Source: Auanema rhodensis (Eukaryota; Animalia; Nematoda). From it: a DNA stretch of 64,000 nucleotides. The stretch lies in contig OZ059900.1 in assembly GCA_964057225.1 (NCBI GenBank), forward strand, positions 15,996,001 to 16,060,000, read 5' to 3'. Of the stretch, positions 38,201-53,600 are shown in pieces. Position numbers and translations under genes: made by a program. Position 1 is the first letter of the stretch. Each line of letters starts with the position of its first letter. The notes under the pieces were generated by a model, which was given only the letters and a program-made list of their open reading frames with translations, did no database searches and was not told where the DNA came from.

Positions 38201-41200
38201 CTCATATGAACAAAAATCGATTTAATCAATATTAGCCATAAGGGGCGTGCCCTCAGAATATGCTAATTTCCTTAATTTTCTAACCCCTGTTTTTTTGTCG
38301 TGAAAGTGGAACTAGACGTTGTACAAACAATTTTGAGCTAGGTTTCATTGACATTGCATGAGTTTGAACACATGAAATCGTAAGTCAAAACCTTGTTTAC
38401 AGCGAAATTTCCAAAAACTGGTTTTCCAGCATGATAAAATATTTCTCATGGGAAATACTGTGTTTTTGTATTTTTCTAGTGTTCAGAATGTAAAATGCTT
38501 CATTTTAATGTGTAACACGCTGAAATTCGTTGCATTTGACAACTCATATGAACAAAAATCGATTTAATCAATATTAGCCATAAGGGGCGTGCCCTCAGAA
38601 TATGCTAATTTCCTTAATTTTCTAACCCCTGTTTTTTTGTCGTGAAAGTGGAACTAGACGTTGTACGAACAATTTTGAGCTAGGTTTCATTGACATTGCA
38701 TGAGTTTGAACACATGAAATCGTAAGTCAAAACCTTGTTTACAGCGAAATTTCCAAAAACTGGTTTTCCAGCATGATAAAATATTTCTCATGGGAAATAC
38801 TGTGTTTTTGTATTTTTCTAGTGTTCAGCATGTAAAATGCTTCATTTTAGTATGTAACACGCTGAAATTCGTTGCATTTGACGACTCATATGAACAAAAA
38901 TCGATTTAATCAATATTAGCCATAAGGGGCGTGCCCTCAGAATATGCTAATTTCCTTAATTTTCTAACCCCTGTTTTTTTGTCGTGAAAGTGGAACTAGA
39001 CGTTGTACGAACAATTTTGAGCTAGGTTTCATTGACATTGCATGAGTTTGAACACATGAAATCGTAAGTCAAAACCTTGTTTACAGCGAAATTTCCAAAA
39101 ACTGGTTTTCCAGCATAATAAAATATTTCTCATGGGAAATACTGTGTTTTTGTATTCTTCTAGTGTTCAGCATGTAAAATGCTTCATTTTAGTATGTAAC
39201 ACGCTGAAATTCGTTGCATTTGACGACTCATATGAACAAAAATCGATTTAATCAATATTAGCCATAAGGGGCGTGCCCTCAGAATATGCTAATTTCCTTA
39301 ATTTTCTAACCCCTGTTTTTTTGTCGTGAAAGTGGAACTAGACGTTGTACGAACAATTTTGAGCTAGGTTTCATTGACATTGCATGACTTTGAACACATG
39401 AAATCGTAAGTCAAAACCTTGTTTACAGCGAAATTTCCAAAAACTGGTTTTCCAGCATAATAAAATATTTCTCATGGGAAATACTGTGTTTTTGTATTTT
39501 TCTAGTGTTCAGCATGTAAAATGCTTCATTTTAGTATGTAACACGCTGAAATTCGTTGCATTTGACGACTCATATGAACAAAAATCGATTTAATCAATAT
39601 TAGCCATAAGGGGCGTGCCCTCAGAATATGCTAATTTCCTTAATTTTCTAACCCCTGTTTTTTTGTCGTGAAAGTGGAACTAGACGTTGTACGAACAATT
39701 TTGAGCTAGGTTTCATTGACATTGCATGAGTTTGAACACATGAAATCGTAAGTCAAAACCTTGTTTACAGCGAAATTTCCAAAAACTGGTTTTCCAGCAT
39801 AATAAAATATTTCTCATGGGAAATACTGTGTTTTTGTATTTTTCTAGTGTTCAGCATGTAAAATGCTTCATTTTAGTATGTAACACGCTGAAATTCGTTG
39901 CATTTGACGACTCATATGAACAAAAATCGATTTAATCAATATTAGCCATAAGGGGCGTGCCCTCAGAATATGCTAATTTCCTTAATTTTCTAACCCTTGT
40001 TTTTTTGTCGTGAAAGTGGAACTAGACGTTGTACAAACAATTTTGAGCTAGGTTTCATTGACATTGCATGAGTTTGAACACATGAAATCGTAAGTCAAAA
40101 CCTTGTTTACAGCGAAATTTCCAAAAACTGGTTTTCCAGCATGATAAAATATTTCTCATGGGAAATACTGTGTTTTTGTATTTTTCTAGTGTTCAGCATG
40201 TAAAATGCTTCATTTTAGTATGTAACACGCTGAAATTCGTTGCATTTGACGACTCATATGAACAAAAATCGATTTAATCAATATTAGCCATAAGGGGCGT
40301 GCCCTCAGAATATGCTAATTTCCTTAATTTTCTAACCCCTGTTTTTTTGTCGTGAAAGTGGAACTAGACGTTGTACGAACAATTTTGAGCTAGGTTTCAT
40401 TAACATTGCATGAGTTTGAACACATGAAATCGTAAGTCAAAACCTTGTTTACAGCGAAATTTCCACAAACTGGTTTTCCAGCATAATAAAATATTTCTCA
40501 TGGGAAATACTGTGTTTTTGTATTCTTCTAGTGTTCAGCATGTAAAATGCTTCATTTTAGTATGTAACACGCTGAAATTCGTTGCATTTGACGACTCATA
40601 TGAACAAAAATCGATTTAATCAATATTAGCCATAAGGGGCGTGCCCTCAGAATATGCTAATTTCCTTAATTTTCTAACCCCTGTTTTTTTGTCGTGAAAG
40701 TGGAACTAGACGTTGTACGAACAATTTTGAGCTAGGTTTCATTGACATTGCATGAGTTTGAACACATGAAATCGTAAGTCAAAACCTTGTTTACAGCGAA
40801 ATTTCCAAAAACTGGTTTTCCAGCATAATAAAATATTTCTCATGGGAAATACTGTGTTTTTGTATTTTTCTAGTGTTCAGCATGTAAAATGCTTCATTTT
40901 AGTATGTAACACGCTGAAATTCGTTGCATTTGACGACTCATATGAACAAAAATCGATTTAATCAATATTAGCCATAAGGGGCGTGCCCTCAGAATATGCT
41001 AATTTCCTTAATTTTCTAACCCCTGTTTTTTTGTCGTGAAAGTGGAACTAGACGTTGTACGAACAATTTTGAGCTAGGTTTCATTGACATTGCATGAGTT
41101 TGAACACATGAAATCGTAAGTCAAAACCTTGTTTACAGCGAAATTTCCAAAAACTGGTTTTCCAGCATAATAAAATATTTTTCATGAGAAATACTGTGTT

Positions 41201-44200
41201 TTTGTATTTTTCTAGTGTTCAGCATGTAAAATGCTTCATTTTAGTATGTAACACGCTGAAATTCGTTGCATTTGACGACTCATATGAACAAAAATCGATT
41301 TAATCAATATTAGCCATAAGGGGCGTGCCCTCAGAATATGCTAATTTCCTTAATTTTCTAACCCCTGTTTTTTTGTCGTGAAAGTGGAACTAGACGTTGT
41401 ACGAACAATTTTGAGCTAGGTTTCATTAACATTGCATGAGTTTGAACACATGAAATCGTAAGTCAAAACCTTGTTTACAGCGAAATTTCCACAAACTGGT
41501 TTTCCAGCATAATAAAATATTTCTCATGGGAAATACTGTGTTTTTGTATTCTTCTAGTGTTCAGCATGTAAAATGCTTCATTTTAGTATGTAACACGCTG
41601 AAATTCGTTGCATTTGACGACTCATATGAACAAAAATCGATTTAATCAATATTAGCCATAAGGGGCGTGCCCTCAGAATATGCTAATTTCCTTAATTTTC
41701 TAACCCCTGTTTTTTTGTCGTGAAAGTGGAACTAGACGTTGTACGAACAATTTTGAGCTAGGTTTCATTGACATTGCATGAGTTTGAACACATGAAATCG
41801 TAAGTCAAAACCTTGTTTACAGCGAAATTTCCAAAAACTGGTTTTCCAGCATAATAAAATATTTCTCATGGGAAACACTGTGTTTTTGTATTTTTCTAGT
41901 GTTCAGCATGTAAAATGCTTCATTTTAGTTTGTAACACGCTGAAATTCGTTGCATTTGACGACTCATATGAACAAAAATCGATTTAATCAATATTAGCCA
42001 TAAGGGGCGTGCCCTCAGAATATGCTAATTTCCTTAATTTTCTAACCCCTGTTTTTTTGTCGTGAAAGTGGAACTAGACGTTGTACGAACAATTTTGAGC
42101 TAGGTTTCATTGACATTGCATGAGTTTGAACACATGAAATCGTAAGTCAAAACCTTGTTTACAGCGAAATTTCCAAAAACTGGTTTTCCAGCATAATAAA
42201 ATATTTCTCATGGGAAATACTGTGTTTTTGTATTTTTCTAGTGTTCAGCATGTGAAATGCTTCATTTTAGTGTGTAACACGCTGAAATTCGTTGCATTTG
42301 ACGACTCATATGAACAAAAATCGATTTAATCAATATTAGCCATAAGGGGCGTGCCCTCAGAATATGCTAATTTCCTTAATTTTCTAACCCCTGTTTTTTT
42401 GTCGTGAAAGTGGAAATAGACGTTGTACGAACAATTTTGAGCTAGGTTTCATTGACGTTGCATGAGTTTGAACACATGAAATCGTAAGTCAAAACCTTGT
42501 TTACAGCGAAATTTCCAAAAACTGGTTTTCCAGCATAATAAAATATTTCTCATGGGAAACACTGTGTTTTTGTATTTTTCTAGTGTTCAGCATGTAAAAT
42601 GCTTCATTTTAGTTTGTAACACGCTGAAATTCGTTGCATTTGACGACTCATATGAACAAAAATCGATTTAATCAATATTAGCCATAAGGGGCGTGCCCTC
42701 AGAATATGCTAATTTCCTTAATTTTCTAACCCCTGTTTTTTTGTCGTGAAAGTGGAACTAGACGTTGTACAAACAATTTTGAGCTAGGTTTCATTGACAT
42801 TGCATGAGTTTGAACACATGAAATCGTAAGTCAAAACCTTGTTTACAGCGAAATTTCCAAAAACTGGTTTTCCAGCATAATAAAATATTTCTCATGGGAA
42901 ATACTGTGTTTTTGTATTTTTCTAGTGTTCAGCATGTGAAATGCTTCATTTTAGTGTGTAACACGCTGAAATTCGTTGCATTTGACGACTCATATGAACA
43001 AAAATCGATTTAATCAATATTAGCCATAAGGGGCGTGCCCTCAGAATATGCTAATTTCCTTAATTTTCTAACCCCTGTTTTTTTGTCGTGAAAGTGGAAA
43101 TAGACGTTGTACGAACAATTTTGAGCTAGGTTTCATTGACGTTGCATGAGTTTGAACACATGAAATCGTAAGTCAAAACCTTGTTTACAGCGAAATTTCC
43201 AAAAACTGGTTTTCCAGCATAATAAAATATTTCTCATGGGAAACACTGTGTTTTTGTATTTTTCTAGTGTTCAGCATGTAAAATGCTTCATTTTAGTTTG
43301 TAACACGCTGAAATTCGTTGCATTTGACGACTCATATGAACAAAAATCGATTTAATCAATATTAGCCATAAGGGGCGTGCCCTCAGAATATGCTAATTTC
43401 CTTAATTTTCTAACCCCTGTTTTTTTGTCGTGAAAGTGGAACTAGACGTTGTACAAACAATTTTGAGCTAGGTTTCATTGACATTGCATGAGTTTGAACA
43501 CATGAAATCGTAAGTCAAAACCTTGTTTACAGCGAAATTTCCAAAAACTGGTTTTCCAGCATGATAAAATATTTCTCATGGGAAATACTGTGTTTTTGTA
43601 TTTTTCTAGTGTTCAGCATGTAAAATGCTTCATTTTAGTATGTAACACGCTGAAATTCGTTGCATTTGACGACTCATATGAACAAAATTCGATTTAATCA
43701 ATATTAGCCATAAGGGGCGTGCCCTCAGAATATGCTAATTTCCTTAATTTTCTAACCCTTGTTTTTTTGTCGTGAAAGTGGAACTAGACGTTGTACAAAC
43801 AATTTTGAGCTAGGTTTCATTGACATTGCATGAGTTTGAACACATGAAATCGTAAGTCAAAACCTTGTTTACAGCGAAATTTCCAAAAACTGGTTTTCCA
43901 GCATGATAAAATATTTCTCATGGGAAATACTGTGTTTTTGTATTTTTCTAGTGTTCAGCATGTAAAATGCTTCATTTTAGTATGTAACACGCTGAAATTC
44001 GTTGCATTTGACGACTCATATGAACAAAAATCGATTTAATCAATATTAGCCATAAGGGGCGTGCCCTCAGAATATGCTAATTTCCTTAATTTTCTAACCC
44101 CTGTTTTTTTGTCGTGAAAGTGGAACTAGACGTTGTACGAACAATTTTGAGCTAGGTTTCATTGACATTGCATGAGTTTGAACACATGAAATCGTAAGTC

Positions 44201-44804
44201 AAAACCTTGTTTACAGCGAAATTTCCAAAAACTGGTTTTCCAGCATAATAAAATATTTCTCATGGGAAATACTGTGTTTTTGTATTTTTCTAGTGTTCAG
44301 CATGTGAAATGCTTCATTTTAGTGTGTAACACGCTGAAATTCGTTGCATTTGACGACTCATATGAACAAAAATCGATTTAATCAATATTAGCCATAAGGG
44401 GCGTGCCCTCAGAATATGCTAATTTCCTTAATTTTCTAACCCCTGTTTTTTTGTCGTGAAAGTGGAAATAGACGTTGTACGAACAATTTTGAGCTGGGTT
44501 TCATTGACGTTGCATGAGTTTGAACACATGAAATCGTAAGGCAAAACCTTGTTTACAGCGAAATTTCCAAAAACTGGTTTTCCAGCATAATAAAATATTT
44601 CTCATGGGAAACACTGTGTTTTTGTATTTTTCTAGTGTTCAGCATGTAAAATGCTTCATTTTAGTTTGTAACACGCTGAAATTCGTTGCATTTGACGACT
44701 CATATGAACAAAAATCGATTTAATCAATATTAGCCATAAGGGGCGTGCCCTCAGAATATGCTAATTTCCTTAATTTTCTAACCCCTGTTTTTTTGTCGTG
44801 AAAG

Positions 44805-47800
44805 TGGAACTAGACGTTGTACAAACAATTTTGAGCTAGGTTTCATTGACATTGCATGAGTTTGAACACATGAAATCGTAAGTCAAAACCTTGTTTACAG
44901 CGAAATTTCCAAAAACTGGTTTTCCAGCATGATAAAATATTTCTCATGGGAAATACTGTGTTTTTGTATTTTTCTAGTGTTCAGCATGTAAAATGCTTCA
45001 TTTTAGTATGTAACACGCTGAAATTCGTTGCATTTGACGACTCATATGAACAAAAATCGATTTAATCAATATTAGCCATAAGGGGCGTGCCCTCAGAATA
45101 TGCTAATTTCCTTAATTTTCTAACCCCTGTTTTTTTGTCGTGAAAGTGGAACTAGACGTTGTACGAACAATTTTGAGCTAGGTTTCATTGACATTGCATG
45201 AGTTTGAACACATGAAATCGTAAGTCAAAACCTTGTTTACAGCGAAATTTCCAAAAACTGGTTTTCCAGCATAATAAAATATTTCTCATGAGAAATACTG
45301 TGTTTTTGTATTTTTCTAGTGTTCAGCATGTAAAATGCTTCATTTTAGTTTGTAACACGCTGAAATTCGTTGCATTTGACGACTCATATGAACAAAAATC
45401 GATTTAATCAATATTAGCCATAAGGGGCGTGCCCTCAGAATATGCTAATTTCCTTAATTTTCTAACCCTTGTTTTTTTGTCGTGAAAGTGGAACTAGACG
45501 TTGTACGAACAATTTTGAGCTAGGTTTCATTGACATTGCATGAGTTTGAACACATGAAATCGTAAGTCAAAACCTTGTTTACAGCGAAATTTCCAAAAAC
45601 TGGTTTTCCAGCATAATAAAATATTTCTCATGGGAAATACTGTGTTTTTGTATTTTTCTAGTGTTCAGCATGTAAAATGCTTCATTTTAGTATGTAACAC
45701 GCTGAAATTCGTTGCATTTGACGACTCATATGAACAAAAATCGATTTAATCAATATTAGCCATAAGGGGCGTGCCCTCAGAATATGCTAATTTCCTTAAT
45801 TTTCTAACCCCTGTTTTTTTGTCGTGAAAGTGGAACTAGACGTTGTACGAACAATTTTGAGCTAGGTTTCATTGACGTTGCATGAGTTTGAACACATGAA
45901 ATCGTAAGTCAAAACCTTGTTTACAGCGAAATTTCCAAAAACTGGTTTTCCAGCATAATAAAATATTTCTCATGGGAAACACTGTGTTTTTGTATTTTTC
46001 TAGTGTTCAGCATGTAAAATGCTTCATTTTAGTTTGTAACACGCTGAAATTCGTTGCATTTGACGACTCATATGAACAAAAATCGATTTAATCAATATTA
46101 GCCATAAGGGGCGTGCCCTCAGAATATGCTAATTTCCTTAATTTTCTAACCCCTGTTTATTTTGTCGTGAAAGTGGAACTAGACGTTGTACAAACAATTT
46201 TGAGCTAGGTTTCATTGACATTGCATGAGTTTGAACACATGAAATCGTAAGTCAAAACCTTGTTTACAGCGAAATTTCCAAAAACTGGTTTTCCAGCATG
46301 ATAAAATATTTCTCATGGGAAATACTGTGTTTTTGTATTTTTCTAGTGTTCAGCATGTAAAATGCTTCATTTTAATGTGTAACACGCTGAAATTCGTTGC
46401 ATTTGACGACTCATATGAACAAAAATCGATTTAATCAATATTAGCCATAAGGGGCGTGCCCTCAGAATATGCTAATTTCCTTAATTTTCTAACCCCTGTT
46501 TTTTTGTCGTGAAAGTGGAACTAGACGTTGTACGAACAATTTTGAGCTAGGTTTCATTGACATTGCATGAGTTTGAACACATGAAATCGTAAGTCAAAAC
46601 CTTGTTTACAGCGAAATTTCCAAAAACTGGTTTTCCAGCATGATAAAATATTTCTCATGGGAAATACTGTGTTTTTGTATTTTTCTAGTGTTCAGCATGT
46701 AAAATGCTTCATTTTAGTATATAACACGCTGAAATTCGTTGCATTTGACGACTCATATGAACAAAAATCGATTTAATCAATATTAGCCATAAGGGGCGTG
46801 CCCTCAGAATATGCTAATTTCCTTAATTTTCTAACCCCTGTTTTTTTGTCGTGAAAGTGGAACTAGACGTTGTACGAACAATTTTGAGCTAGGTTTCATT
46901 GACATTGCATGAGTTTGAACACATGAAATCGTAAGTCAAAACCTTGTTTACAGCGAAATTTCCAAAAACTGGTTTTCCAGCATGATAAAATATTTCTCAT
47001 GGGAAATACTGTGTTTTTGTATTTTTCTAGTGTTCAGCATGTAAAATGCTTTATTTTAGTTTGTAACACGCTGAAATTCGTTGCATTTGACGACTCATAT
47101 GAACAAAAATCGATTTAATCAATATTAGCCATAAGGGGCGTGCCCTCAGAATATGCTAATTTCCTTAATTTTCTAACCCCTGTTTTTTTGTCGTGAAAGT
47201 GGAACTAGACGTTGTACGAACAATTTTGAGTTAGGTTTCATTGACATTGCATGAGTTTGAACACATGAAATCGTAAGTCAAAACCTTGTTTACAGCGAAA
47301 TTTCGAAAAACTGGTTTTCCAGCATAATAAAATATTTCTCATGGGAAATACTGTGTTTTTGTATTCTTCTAGTGTTCAGCATGTGAAATGCTTCATTTTA
47401 GTGTGTAACACGCTGAAATTCGTTGCATTTGACGACTCATATGAACAAAAATCGATTTAATCAATATTAGCCATAAGGGGCGTGCCCTCAGAATATGCTA
47501 ATTTCCTTAATTTTCTAACCCCTGTTTTTTTGTCGTGAAAGTGGAACTAGACGTTGTACAAACAATTTTGAGCTAGGTTTCATTGACATTGCATGAGTTT
47601 GAACACATGAAATCGTAAGTCAAAACCTTGTTTACAGCGAAATTTCCAAAAACTGGTTTTCCAGCATGATAAAATATTTCTCATGGGAAATACTGTGTTT
47701 TTGTATTTTTCTAGTGTTCAGCATGTAAAATGCTTCATTTTAGTATGTAACACGCTGAAATTCGTTGCATTTGACGACTCATATGAACAAAATTCGATTT

Positions 47801-50620
47801 AATCAATATTAGCCATAAGGGGCGTGCCCTCAGAATATGCTAATTTCCTTAATTTTCTAACCCTTGTTTTTTTGTCGTGAAAGTGGAACTAGACGTTGTA
47901 CAAACAATTTTGAGCTAGGTTTCATTGACATTGCATGAGTTTGAACACATGAAATCGTAAGTCAAAACCTTGTTTACAGCGAAATTTCCAAAAACTGGTT
48001 TTCCAGCATGATAAAATATTTCTCATGGGAAATACTGTGTTTTTGTATTTTTCTAGTGTTCAGCATGTAAAATGCTTCATTTTAGTATGTAACACGCTGA
48101 AATTCGTTGCATTTGACGACTCATATGAACAAAAATCGATTTAATCAATATTAGCCATAAGGGGCGTGCCCTCAGAATATGCTAATTTCCTTAATTTTCT
48201 AACCCCTGTTTTTTTGTCGTGAAAGTGGAACTAGACGTTGTACGAACAATTTTGAGCTAGGTTTCATTGACATTGCATGAGTTTGAACACATGAAATCGT
48301 AAGTCAAAACCTTGTTTACAGCGAAATTTCCAAAAACTGGTTTTCCAGCATAATAAAATATTTCTCATGAGAAATACTGTGTTTTTGTATTTTTCTAGTG
48401 TTCAGCATGTAAAATACTTCATTTTAGTTTGTAACACGCTGAAATTCGTTGCATTTGACGACTCATATGAACAAAAATCGATTTAATCAATATTAGCCAT
48501 AAGGGGCGTGCCCTCAGAATATGCTAATTTCCTTAATTTTCTAACCCTTGTTTTTTTGTCGTGAAAGTGGAACTAGACGTTGTACGAACAATTTTGAGCT
48601 AGGTTTCATTGACATTGCATGAGTTTGAACACATGAAATCGTAAGTCAAAACCTTGTTTACAGCGAAATTTCCAAAAACTGGTTTTCCAGCATAATAAAA
48701 TATTTCTCATGGGAAATACTGTGTTTTTGTATTTTTCTAGTGTTCAGCATGTAAAATGCTTCATTTTAGTATGTAACACGCTGAAATTCGTTGCATTTGA
48801 CGACTCATATGAACAAAAATCGATTTAATCAATATTAGCCATAAGGGGCGTGCCCTCAGAATATGCTAATTTCCTTAATTTTCTAACCCCTGTTTTTTTG
48901 TCGTGAAAGTGGAACTAGACGTTGTACGAACAATTTTGAGCTAGGTTTCATTGACGTTGCATGAGTTTGAACACATGAAATCGTAAGTCAAAACCTTGTT
49001 TACAGCGAAATTTCCAAAAACTGGTTTTCCAGCATAATAAAATATTTCTCATGGGAAACACTGTGTTTTTGTATTTTTCTAGTGTTCAGCATGTAAAATG
49101 CTTCATTTTAGTTTGTAACACGCTGAAATTCGTTGCATTTGACGACTCATATGAACAAAAATCGATTTAATCAATATTAGCCATAAGGGGCGTGCCCTCA
49201 GAATATGCTAATTTCCTTAATTTTCTAACCCCTGTTTATTTTGTCGTGAAAGTGGAACTAGACGTTGTACAAACAATTTTGAGCTAGGTTTCATTGACAT
49301 TGCATGAGTTTGAACACATGAAATCGTAAGTCAAAACCTTGTTTACAGCGAAATTTCCAAAAACTGGTTTTCCAGCATGATAAAATATTTCTCATGGGAA
49401 ATACTGTGTTTTTGTATTTTTCTAGTGTTCAGCATGTAAAATGCTTCATTTTAATGTGTAACACGCTGAAATTCGTTGCATTTGACGACTCATATGAACA
49501 AAAATCGATTTAATCAATATTAGCCATAAGGGGCGTGCCCTCAGAATATGCTAATTTCCTTAATTTTCTAACCCCTGTTTTTTTGTCGTGAAAGTGGAAC
49601 TAGACGTTGTACGAACAATTTTGAGCTAGGTTTCATTGACATTGCATGAGTTTGAACACATGAAATCGTAAGTCAAAACCTTGTTTACAGCGAAATTTCC
49701 AAAAACTGGTTTTCCAGCATGATAAAATATTTCTCATGGGAAATACTGTGTTTTTGTATTTTTCTAGTGTTCAGCATGTAAAATGCTTCATTTTAGTATA
49801 TAACACGCTGAAATTCGTTGCATTTGACGACTCATATGAACAAAAATCGATTTAATCAATATTAGCCATAAGGGGCGTGCCCTCAGAATATGCTAATTTC
49901 CTTAATTTTCTAACCCCTGTTTTTTTGTCGTGAAAGTGGAACTAGACGTTGTACGAACAATTTTGAGCTAGGTTTCATTGACATTGCATGAGTTTGAACA
50001 CATGAAATCGTAAGTCAAAACCTTGTTTACAGCGAAATTTCCAAAAACTGGTTTTCCAGCATGATAAAATATTTCTCATGGGAAATACTGTGTTTTTGTA
50101 TTTTTCTAGTGTTCAGCATGTAAAATGCTTTATTTTAGTTTGTAACACGCTGAAATTCGTTGCATTTGACGACTCATATGAACAAAAATCGATTTAATCA
50201 ATATTAGCCATAAGGGGCGTGCCCTCAGAATATGCTAATTTCCTTAATTTTCTAACCCCTGTTTTTTTGTCGTGAAAGTGGAACTAGACGTTGTACGAAC
50301 AATTTTGAGTTAGGTTTCATTGACATTGCATGAGTTTGAACACATGAAATCGTAAGTCAAAACCTTGTTTACAGCGAAATTTCGAAAAACTGGTTTTCCA
50401 GCATAATAAAATATTTCTCATGGGAAATACTGTGTTTTTGTATTCTTCTAGTGTTCAGCATGTGAAATGCTTCATTTTAGTGTGTAACACGCTGAAATTC
50501 GTTGCATTTGACGACTCATATGAACAAAAATCGATTTAATCAATATTAGCCATAAGGGGCGTGCCCTCAGAATATGCTAATTTCCTTAATTTTCTAACCC
50601 CTGTTTTTTTGTCGTGAAAG
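44805..50620. repeat. Block duplication with a 9-monomer period (3079 bp): M132-139 = M141-148
   Basis: Markers repeat at offset 3079: A145 (45291/48370), A insertion (46159/49238), A206 (46721/49800), T195 (47052/50131) and T32 (47231/50310). Confidence 0.92.
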
Positions 50621-53600
50621 TGGAACTAGACGTTGTACGAACAATTTTGAGCTAGGTTTCATTGACATTGCATGAGTTTGAACACATGAAATCGTAAGTC
50701 AAAACCTTGTTTACAGCGAAATTTCCAAAAACTGGTTTTCCAGCATAATAAAATATTTCTCATGGGAAATACTGTGTTTTTGTATTTTTCTAGTGTTCAG
50801 CATGTAAAATGCTTCATTTTAGTATGTAACACGCTGAAATTCGTTGCATTTGACGACTCATATGAACAAAAATCGATTTAATCAATATTAGCCATAAGGG
50901 GCGTGCCCTCAGAATATGCTAATTTCCTTAATTTTCTAACCCTTGTTTTTTTGTCGTGAAAGTGGAACTAGACGTTGTACAAACAATTTTGAGCTAGGTT
51001 TCATTGACATTGCATGAGTTTGAACACATGAAATCGTAAGTCAAAACCTTGTTTACAGCGAAACTTCCAAAAACTGGTTTTCCAGCATAATAAAATATTT
51101 CTCATGGGAAATACTGTGTTTTTGTATTCTTCTAGTGTTCAGCATGTAAAATGCTTCATTTTAGTATGTAACACGCTGAAATTCGTTGCATTTGACGACT
51201 CATATGAACAAAAATCGATTTAATCAATATTAGCCATAAGGGGCGTGCCCTCAGAATATGCTAATTTCCTTAATTTTCTAACCCCTGTTTTTTTGTCGTG
51301 AAAGTGGAACTAGACGTTGTACGAACAATTTTGAGCTAGGTTTCATTGACATTGCATGAGTTTGAACACATGAAATCGTAAGTCAAAACCTTGTTTACAG
51401 CGAAATTTCCAAAAACTGGTTTTCCAGCATAATAAAATATTTCTCATGGGAAATACTGTGTTTTTGTATTTTTCTAGTCTTCAGCATGTAAAATGCTTCA
51501 TTTTAGTATGTAACACGCTGAAATTCGTTGCATTTGACGACTCATATGAACAAAAATCGATTTAATCAATATTAGCCATAAGGGGCGTGCCCTCAGAATA
51601 TGCTAATTTCCTTAATTTTCTAACCCCTGTTTTTTTGTCGTGAAAGTGGAACTAGACGTTGTACGAACAATTTTGAGCTAGGTTTCATTGACATTGCATG
51701 AGTTTGAACACATGAAATCGTAAGTCAAAACCTTGTTTACAGCGAAATTTCCACAAACTGGTTTTCCAGCATAATAAAATATTTCTCATGGGAAATACTG
51801 TGTTTTTGTATTCTTCTAGTGTTCAGCATGTAAAATGCTTCATTTTAGTATGTAACACGCTGAAATTCGTTGCATTTGACGACTCATATGAACAAAAATC
51901 GATTTAATCAATATTAGCCATAAGGGGCGTGCCCTCAGAATATGCTAATTTCCTTAATTTTCTAACCCCTGTTTTTTTGTCGTGAAAGTGGAACTAGACG
52001 TTGTACGAACAATTTTGAGCTAGGTTTCATTGACATTGCATGAGTTTGAACACATGAAATCGTAAGTCAAAACCTTGTTTACAGCGAAATTTCCACAAAC
52101 TGGTTTTCCAGCATAATAAAATATTTCTCATGGGAAATACTGTGTTTTTGTATTCTTCTAGTGTTCAGCATGTAAAATGCTTCATTTTAGTATGTAACAC
52201 GCTGAAATTCGTTGCATTTGACGACTCATATGAACAAAAATCGATTTAATCAATATTAGCCATAAGGGGCGTGCCCTCAGAATATGCTAATTTCCTTAAT
52301 TTTCTAACCCCTGTTTTTTTGTCGTGAAAGTGGAACTAGACGTTGTACGAACAATTTTGAGCTAGGTTTCATTGACATTGCATGAGTTTGAACACATGAA
52401 ATCGTAAGTCAAAACCTTGTTTACAGCGAAATTTCCAAAAACTGGTTTTCCAGCATAATAAAATATTTCTCATGGGAAATACTGTGTTTTTGTATTTTTC
52501 TAGTGTTCAGCATGTAAAATGCTTCATTTTAGTATGTAACACGCTGAAATTCGTTGCATTTGACGACTCATATGAACAAAAATCGATTTAATCAATATTA
52601 GCCATAAGGGGCGTGCCCTCAGAATATGCTAATTTCCTTAATTTTCTAACCCTTGTTTTTTTGTCGTGAAAGTGGAACTAGACGTTGTACAAACAATTTT
52701 GAGCTAGGTTTCATTGACATTGCATGAGTTTGAACACATGAAATCGTAAGTCAAAACCTTGTTTACAGCGAAATTTCCAAAAACTGGTTTTCCAGCATGA
52801 TAAAATATTTCTCATGGGAAATACTGTGTTTTTGTATTTTTCTAGTGTTCAGCATGTAAAATGCTTCATTTTAGTATGTAACACGCTGAAATTCGTTGCA
52901 TTTGACGACTCATATGAACAAAAATCGATTTAATCAATATTAGCCATAAGGGGCGTGCCCTCAGAATATGCTAATTTCCTTAATTTTCTAACCCCTGTTT
53001 TTTTGTCGTGAAAGTGGAACTAGACGTTGTACGAACAATTTTGAGCTAGGTTTCATTGACATTGCATGAGTTTGAACACATGAAATCGTAAGTCAAAACC
53101 TTGTTTACAGCGAAATTTCCACAAACTGGTTTTCCAGCATAATAAAATATTTCTCATGGGAAATACTGTGTTTTTGTATTCTTCTAGTGTTCAGCATGTA
53201 AAATGCTTCATTTTAGTTTGTAACACGCTGAAATTCGTTGCATTTGACGACTCATATGAACAAAAATCGATTTAATCAATATTAGCCATAAGGGGCGTGC
53301 CCTCAGAATATGCTAATTTCCTTAATTTTCTAACCCTTGTTTTTTTGTCGTGAAAGTGGAACTAGACGTTGTACAAACAATTTTGAGCTAGGTTTCATTG
53401 ACATTGCATGAGTTTGAACACATGAAATCGTAAGTCAAAACCTTGTTTACAGCGAAATTTCCAAAAACTGGTTTTCCAGCATGATAAAATATTTCTCATG
53501 GGAAATACTGTGTTTTTGTATTTTTCTAGTGTTCAGCATGTAAAATGCTTCATTTTAGTATGTAACACGCTGAAATTCGTTGCATTTGACGACTCATATG

